Source: Candidatus Hadarchaeota archaeon (GTDB taxonomy: Archaea > CAYQAE01 > CAYVLA01). From it: DNA of 64,000 nt. The notes beneath the pieces were generated by a model. It ran no database searches and was not told the origin of the DNA. It was given only the letters and a program-made list of their open reading frames with translations. Of this stretch, positions 58,125 through 64,000 are shown one piece after another; within the stretch, counting starts at the first letter, position 1, and each line of letters starts with the position of its first letter. The stretch lies in contig CAZUNO010000010.1 of the NCBI GenBank assembly GCA_964621445.1, positions 25,456 through 89,455 of the forward strand. Direction: 5' to 3'. The position numbers and the translations under genes were made by a program.

Positions 58125-59204
58125 TTATGGATAGGTCGGTTCATCCTCTCTAGGTAATCTTTCATCAACCCCGGGCAAGCCATCTCCACCGCGTTTTGGA
58201 TTGGCGAGATAGTAGTAGGCGGTGCTCGAATAGTCATTGCTCAACCTGTTGGCGTGCCCGTGTTCGATTGTTGCCAATATGCTCTTTCTGAACCTAATTG
58301 GGTCCTCGATATGGTATCGATAGACGGTCTGCTTTCCCTTCCAGGGCCATTTCCGGGAGCCATTATACATAATAATTCCGTGGTAGGGGGCATGGTACTC
58401 CTGGGTGGGGGAGTAAGCACAGTTGAACCAGTCCTCGGTTCCGGTGCCGTGGAGCGATGGTGGCCATTCTTCGCCATCTATGAAAATCATGTCGTCACCC
58501 TCCCCATACCAGTCGTTTGGATTCCGCTGGAAGCAGTCGATGTCTAGGTGGGCCCCGCAATAGATGCCGTTCCCTTCTGCTTCTAGTAAAACGTAGTTAT
58601 CCTTCCCGTCCTTGTTCAGCATCCTGGGGCCGTCCTTTGCTACGCCCCTGGTAATTCCCTTGTCCGCGTACCATCCATGGGTGTTCCTTTCCCGGTTCCA
58701 TTGAACGTGGAAGTAAGCGGCGTCTTCCAGTTGGGATTCTCGTCTAAAGCTCTGGTAATCCACATAGAAATAGTGGTGATAGGGCTTTTCTCCCTGATTC
58801 TCCACCTCAATTACCGCCTTTTTTCTGAATGGCATAGGCCACCAGGAGTTGAATCCTTTTCCGTCCTGTGGACTCATCTGGAGAGGGAGGCTTATGAAAT
58901 TAGTTCTCATTCCATGACCCATGCCAAAGAAATCCCCTATGGGACATTCAACGCTTGGGTGTTCCTGACCCTCCCAATAGATTCGCAGAATGATCCGGCG
59001 ACAATAATCCTCGGCAGGAATTCCCATGGTCATCCAGATATGTTTGATACAGGCCGGTCCCTTTACCTCAGCGATAATCTTTCTTTCGTTTTCACCTATG
59101 GCCACCCAATCCTCATTTCCCCCGCTTTGGTCATAGCTTGATATCCTATTGCTTTGGTAATCCCTGAGAAAAGGGAGACTGGACATAGAGGTTCCACCGA
59201 TCAT
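58125..59204 (-). CDS. DUF2961 / glycoside hydrolase family 172 protein
   Basis: SSYD..GGN.D, HIWMT, P.GDFFG, WYGEGD, GTGTEDWF, EHGH.N. Confidence 0.9.
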   Translation of the reverse strand: MIGGTSMSSLPFLRDYQSNRISSYDQSGGNEDWVAIGENERKIIAEVKGPACIKHIWMTMGIPAEDYCRRIILRIYWEGQEHPSVECPIGDFFGMGHGMRTNFISLPLQMSPQDGKGFNSWWPMPFRKKAVIEVENQGEKPYHHYFYVDYQSFRRESQLEDAAYFHVQWNRERNTHGWYADKGITRGVAKDGPRMLNKDGKDNYVLLEAEGNGIYCGAHLDIDCFQRNPNDWYGEGDDMIFIDGEEWPPSLHGTGTEDWFNCAYSPTQEYHAPYHGIIMYNGSRKWPWKGKQTVYRYHIEDPIRFRKSILATIEHGHANRLSNDYSSTAYYYLANPKRGGDGLPGVDERLPREDEPTYP

Positions 59205-59337
59205 ATTTTTTCCTCATATCAGTGGGTCTTCGTCCACACTAAAGTTTCTCCCTGGGTGTAATCCATAACTTGGACCAGGAGAGTTGGTACCGGACGTGAT
59301 TCCTAAAGTCCTTTCTGGGGTCTGAAAAAACCATGGT

Positions 59338-59529
59338 TTAGGAGGAGTTTTCCTTCTGCAACAGGACGGATTTCCCGCTTCTCAGCTCGACCTCTATCTT
59401 GTCGCCTTTTTCCCAGCCCATCTCCCTTACCATATCTCTTGGTATCGTTGTCGTGTATTGGGCAACGCGCCCTCCTCGGGGCAATCGGTGCGTTTTCATT
59501 TGAAGTCTGATAGTCACCATGCTTCCCAA
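59338..59529 (-). CDS. AbrB/MazE/SpoVT-family DNA-binding protein
   Basis: QY.TTIPR..V..MGWEKGD..EV. Confidence 0.8.
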   Translation of the reverse strand: MGSMVTIRLQMKTHRLPRGGRVAQYTTTIPRDMVREMGWEKGDKIEVELRSGKSVLLQKENSS

Positions 59530-59679
59530 TCCTCATAGTTGGATATCTCTGGGAATAAAAAAACGACCACCACATCCACTACAATATCATGGGATATTCA
59601 CGGGTGTTTCTGAGAAATCTACATACAGCGCTATTTTCCATCGAGGAAGGGGTTGGGAATAAATATGCAGCTCTCTATT

Positions 59680-61139
59680 CTAAGGGAAGGTCTAACTTAT
59701 TCTCCTTCAACCGGGTGTTAGATTCAGATTCGATCTCGTAAGTCCTGCCTGTTATGGGTTAAGTATATGCTCAATTGGAGAATAATGTCAGTCAATATTT
59801 GGATTTCCTCCTGTTTTTTGGAGGCAACTTAAATTATGTTCTGGACTCAACCCGGTCCAGAATCACTGGTTCTAGAGACATATGTTGATGGGAATACCTG
59901 AGATACGGTTTCGTGTTCTGCCCAGAAAAGTCAGGGATATCACCAACTAGAGAACTAATCAAATGCAAACCATCACACCATCCGGAGATAGCTTTTTGAA
60001 AGGGTTCAAAGAATTCCACGGTCATGAGATGGAAGGGAACGTAGGTCTTGGTATAGGTATCGAGGATGATTAAGTAATAGGTCTTCTTGGTTTTCGCTAG
60101 GTAGGTTCTGCCGTCCTGGTTGTATATGTTAATTTTTGAATAGCTTTCCACCTCGAAATATCTCTTGGCGACATCGATTACGTCAGGGTCTACCTCTACT
60201 ACATCCACCCTTTCAACTGGAAGATCCCTTAGAAACTTCTTTGGTCGCGAAAACCCTCCCCCACCAATGAAGAGGACCCTCGATATGTTGGTCTTGAATG
60301 CCCATCCCAAAGCAAAATAGCGCGTGTATGGAAATACCAGTTTGGCAGAATCGTTGAGATACATGGCACTATCGGCCATACCGTTGAGAAAAAGCGTCCG
60401 TACTCCGTCCGCCTCCTTTACCAGTAGATGGATATATGGAGTGACCTTTTCCAGAATTAGCTCTCCCTGAAACAGGGGAGTTTCCTGCAATTGGTTGGAG
60501 ACGGGAGAGAGTACTATGACCGCTACAATAAGGGCAAAGACTCTCGGGCCTCTTGACAGGCCCGGAAGAGAAACGGCCATTAGGGATATTCCAATCAAGG
60601 TGATAATGCATCGCACCCCCATTCGGGTATGAGGATGAATACCGTTCCAAATGTGCCAACTATGCCCCCAAGGGTTGAGATGGAATATAATGTACCAGAG
60701 ACATTGCCCAGGTGAGAGATGTTCTTAGTTGCTAGCTTAATCGAGTAATGGGCGACCATACCCAGTAGAAAGGTTGGTGGACCGAGAAGAAGGCCAGTAA
60801 CAATTAATGGTCCATATAGCATCCCCAGGCCCTGGGTCAGCCAAAGGTCCACTATTAGTGGTGATGAATAAGGGATTACAGTACCAATGCACCGGCCAGG
60901 AGAATGGTTGCGCAGAATATAACAAAACGGAGTTTACGATCGGCAAGGCGACCCCCGGATAGGTAGCCTATACTGAGTCCTGTAAGCACTACTCCGATAA
61001 GTCCACCCCATGCAAAGATGGAATCCCCGAAATCCGGTGCTAATAATCGACTTGTGGTGAGCTCAAGGGCCATTATGGATAAACCAAATACGAATACCTG
61101 CAGCCGTAGTAGCCAAAACCGCTTCCCACTCGTTTTCAA
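59680..61139 (-). pseudogene. Fused membrane/spermidine synthase-like methyltransferase, multiply frameshifted
   Basis: MALEL..SRLLAP.FG, G.LY..ST.G.I.GT, LFIGGGG, VEVDP.V, DGR, PFHL.T.EF and a frameshifted LTD.YSP.E..LNP tail, spread over at least four frame segments. Confidence 0.85.
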
Positions 61140-61198
61140 TGAGACATCGTCTGCTGTGTATCTAGTTACATTCTTTGATTTGAATTGTACAAGGATTT

Positions 61199-62036
61199 TT
61201 AGCCACTAACCGGCTTAGGATTATATGCCATATTCATGAGATCGATAAAGCTGGTATCATGGCTTTCCCGGGATATCATTTGGGGTTTATCTTCAGTCGC
61301 TCTGAATAGTGCCACACGTTCGAAGGGGGGATTCAGGCCCACGATATCATGTTTGTTACTCCTAAAGTCCTTAACCGCATTATAGGCTCCCTCTCGTATG
61401 GATTCGCGTGCCTTCTCAGGACTAAGATGTATGGCTGCAGTGTTTAGCTTTGCGTATTCTTCGCTGGAGAGAGAGTCGCCTTTGTTCTCGCCAAGTCCAC
61501 GCTTCACGGAAACCGTCCGGATATCAGGGACCAGTTCCTTGGCTTCCTTTGTGAAGGCTTGACCTCCTGAACCGAATATTGGGTAAACATCGATTTCCAG
61601 AGCGCAAAAGGCGAGTTGTCCAAACTCACCAATGGAAAGCTCGTTAACAGAGAGATCAAGGTAATTGAAACTCTGGGTATGGGCTAAGTGGGCTTGGTTC
61701 GTACCCGATTTCGCATGCTGACCTATCCAGGCACAGGCGTCGAACGAGGAGTTTAGACCTAGAGGATAGGGGCCCGGGGGCCATCCCCTCTGAAGCTGGG
61801 CCCTTCTATCGATCGTGCTGGGATCCAAACCCCCGTGACCATGGCCATCGGCCACCACGATATCATCGACCCCTCCCCGGAAGAAACCCTCGATAGCGGC
61901 ATTTACCTCCTTTGTAAGCAGGATCTTGGCCATATCATAATACCTGGAACTTGGGGTACAGTAATTCTCGTGGTCCAAAACGCCCGCAACCCCCTCCAGA
62001 TCAGTCAATTATATAGAGCTTGTGGACCCCTGCCAT
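61199..62036 (-). CDS. M55 family D-aminopeptidase (DppA-like); apparent +1 frameshift near codon 10
   Basis: TDLEG, EVNAA, DGHG, GQHA, HT, GE.G; upstream MAGVHKLYI lies one base out of frame. Confidence 0.8.
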
Positions 62037-62049
62037 TATATCAAAGGTG

Positions 62050-62081
62050 ATATGACACATTTCTTCTTAACTCTGTCATAT
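62050..62081. promoter_or_regulatory. Perfect 8-bp inverted repeat bracketing the putative TATA of the M55 peptidase gene
   Basis: ATATGACA-N16-TGTCATAT. Confidence 0.45.
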
Positions 62082-62110
62082 GAGGTAATGCCATGATCGG
62101 AAATTGGAAT

Positions 62111-62668
62111 CTAGGTCATTGGTTTCAGGATTGAAAGTATCCCGGATGGTTTATCCAGAACTGAAATTCCCTCCATCCGGCGGATCTTATCCACATTATC
62201 GAGATCTACCTTTCGGGTCCTGATATTCACTACCTTTCCCCCCGGGGTGGTAGTTTGCAATGATCCCTGGCGCTGGTCAACCGGATAGAGATAGACGGGC
62301 GTCTGGCCTTTGCAGGACTGAGCAACGCAATTTGTGATTAGACTATCGGCTATACCATGTGCTATTTTGGCCACGGTATTGGCGCTTGTAGGGGTGACGA
62401 AAAGAGTATCATAATATCCTGCCTGTAATTTTCCTGCCATAAAGGGTTGGTTGGGCCCCTTTTCGACCATAACCCTCTTGAATTCGGTCTTAAGCTCCTT
62501 CCAGAGCTCATACCATTTGAGAACTATGACCCCATTTCTGGAAACCAGGGCAGTAATCTCGATATCACTTGGAAGGGAACGGATGGCCTCAAAGGATTCG
62601 CGCATATAGTCTCCAGCACCGGTAATACCCCAAACTAATCTGAGTCCGGGCTTTTCATTATTCGACAC
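62111..62668 (-). CDS. Archaeoflavoprotein AfpA-like flavoprotein
   Basis: WGITGAG, P.SANTVAKIA.GIAD.L.TN, R..D..NV. Confidence 0.85.
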   Translation of the reverse strand: MSNNEKPGLRLVWGITGAGDYMRESFEAIRSLPSDIEITALVSRNGVIVLKWYELWKELKTEFKRVMVEKGPNQPFMAGKLQAGYYDTLFVTPTSANTVAKIAHGIADSLITNCVAQSCKGQTPVYLYPVDQRQGSLQTTTPGGKVVNIRTRKVDLDNVDKIRRMEGISVLDKPSGILSILKPMT

Positions 62669-63264
62669 GTATTCACCAACCTTTCCACGGTTTTTTCAGT
62701 GGATTCGAGGCCCGGGTCATCTTCCTGGGCTCCCTTTGCTCCCTGGTCCCTGGACCAGACGCTCCCACCTAAATTGGCTCCAAAAGGACCGCCTCCGACG
62801 GGGACCATCTTATTTGCCATGTAGAATGAATGGATAGCCAGAAGGGCAGGTTCTTGTCCTCCGGTCCTATCACCACCGACGGCAATAGCTGCACCGACCT
62901 TATTCTCAAGTATCCTGGGATCAGCGGCCACCATTGCCCTGCATCTATCAAGTACCGCCTTGAGTTGCCCTGAAAGAGAGCCTTGGTATACCGGTGTGGC
63001 TAAAAGCCACCCGTCAGCTTTCCGCATCAAGGGGTACATATCAACGACATCGTCTTTCTGTATACAACCGTTTCCGGTGCGTATACAGTAATCGCAGTGT
63101 AGACAGAAGTTGATTTCCTTCCCCTTCAACAGGATAGCTTCGGTACTTACTTCACCCAAGGACTCTGCGTGTTTGAGGGCATTTCTTAGCACGAAGGCCG
63201 TTGATGCGTCTCTTGGGCTGCCGGATATTCCCAGGATACTCACGTGTACTCCCATGTTTACCAA
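62635..63264 (-). CDS. Iron-sulfur flavoprotein (Isf)/NADPH-dependent FMN reductase family
   Basis: GISGSPR, CLHCDYC....GC, ATPVY, GG.R.GGQE. Confidence 0.9.
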   Translation of the reverse strand: MVNMGVHVSILGISGSPRDASTAFVLRNALKHAESLGEVSTEAILLKGKEINFCLHCDYCIRTGNGCIQKDDVVDMYPLMRKADGWLLATPVYQGSLSGQLKAVLDRCRAMVAADPRILENKVGAAIAVGGDRTGGQEPALLAIHSFYMANKMVPVGGGPFGANLGGSVWSRDQGAKGAQEDDPGLESTEKTVERLVNTCRIMKSPDSD

Positions 63265-63359
63265 TGGACTATGGTAAATCCATTACTAATAACTAGAATG
63301 CGATCCAAGGTTACCTTACAGAATCGGGAAATCAAGATTCATTTATTGACACGGACTGC

Positions 63360-63491
63360 TTATCGTCCTGATTTTCTTTTCCTATTGACGGAACTAACTA
63401 CCCTTATCCACACCTTCTCGGTAGTCAGCGGTATGCCAAACATGAACCCAAGATAGACGAGAATCATGAGCGTTTCAAGCAAGAATCCCAA
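63360..63491 (-). CDS. Possible 43-aa membrane peptide
   Basis: TTG start after GGGGA/GGAG; LGFLLETLMILVYLGFMFGIPL...RKRKSGR (hydrophobic stretch then basic tail). Confidence 0.35.
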   Translation of the reverse strand: MGFLLETLMILVYLGFMFGIPLTTEKVWIRVVSSVNRKRKSGR

Positions 63492-63714
63492 CTCCGTAAC
63501 ATTCCCCTATTGACCATTCCACTAAAAAGCTCATTTATCTCTAATCCATCAATTAAAAGATCCAACTTTATTAATGCCTTTGATGCTTCCTTCGATAATA
63601 ACAAATAAAGTTTCGATAATGATCCGGGGGATTGTTCTCATCTAGAGAATCAAGGTTTCAATATCTTTTTTGTGGCAAAATTTGAATCTTCTCGGTGTTC
63701 CATGGGTGACTGTT

Positions 63715-64000
63715 TTGAGGCAAAAGATACTTCTCCCTTTGCTCCCCGGTTTCCCGACAATGCTTGATCAGAAGCTCAGTTTCGGCGACTATGAGGGAAA
63801 ACCGGAAAGAAGGCAAAGGGAAATAAGGAGGAAGTTCCTCGAACTAATCCACTACAAAAAAGCTCGCGAGGGGGAGATCTCTTTCACCATCTCCGAGCAG
63901 GGGAAAGTTTCAGATATTTACAGGCGCAGATATATGGTGTCGAGGGGCCAATGGGACTCTCAGCCCATATATGAGATTTTTGATCCCAGGAATTACAATG
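63715..64000 (+). CDS. 5' part of a gene running off the window (possibly an alpha/beta hydrolase)
   Basis: GGTGA SD then TTG; open to the end (LRQKILLPLLPG...QREIRRKFLELI...). Confidence 0.55.
   Translation, partial: MRQKILLPLLPGFPTMLDQKLSFGDYEGKPERRQREIRRKFLELIHYKKAREGEISFTISEQGKVSDIYRRRYMVSRGQWDSQPIYEIFDPRNYN

Noticed and set aside
836-63456. Numerous 60-175 aa ORFs overlapping longer genes
   Set aside because: Antisense or alternate-frame shadows of well-supported genes, without motifs or independent start signals.
1-64000. CRISPR array, IS/transposase, reverse transcriptase or DGR
   Set aside because: No regularly spaced repeats or diagnostic ORFs were found by eye; a self dot-plot would be the decisive check.

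Overview
An archaeal chromosome segment with about 60 protein-coding genes. The archaeal assignment rests on a tRNA-Gly(TCC) with a bulge-helix-bulge intron, ApgM, two AlaX-M editing proteins, archaemetzincin, AfpA/Isf flavoproteins, an archaeal peroxiredoxin, and BRE/TATA and GGTGA signals. Several small proteins look TACK/Bathyarchaeia-like, but that is an inference. Gene content is heterotrophic: three Cys-type sulfatases, GH2, GH106-like, GH172 (DUF2961), a BNR/sialidase-like protein, many phosphoesterases and peptidases, and a prenyl synthase-menA-NDH2/FSP1-like operon. No CRISPR array, transposase, integrase or rRNA was seen. Most worth following up: (1) a ~330-nt gap (24830-25153) with a perfect 14-bp palindrome, a strong BRE/TATA and nested long-range helices, a candidate new ncRNA or small-peptide locus; (2) four paralogous surface proteins sharing a conserved helical-TM-cytoplasmic-tail module; (3) two small, otherwise intact genes with a stop codon (TAG, TGA) where Trp appears expected, one followed by a stem-loop; (4) two genes that appear to keep both ends but lack their middle. 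All family calls come from motif recognition by eye. No searches were run.
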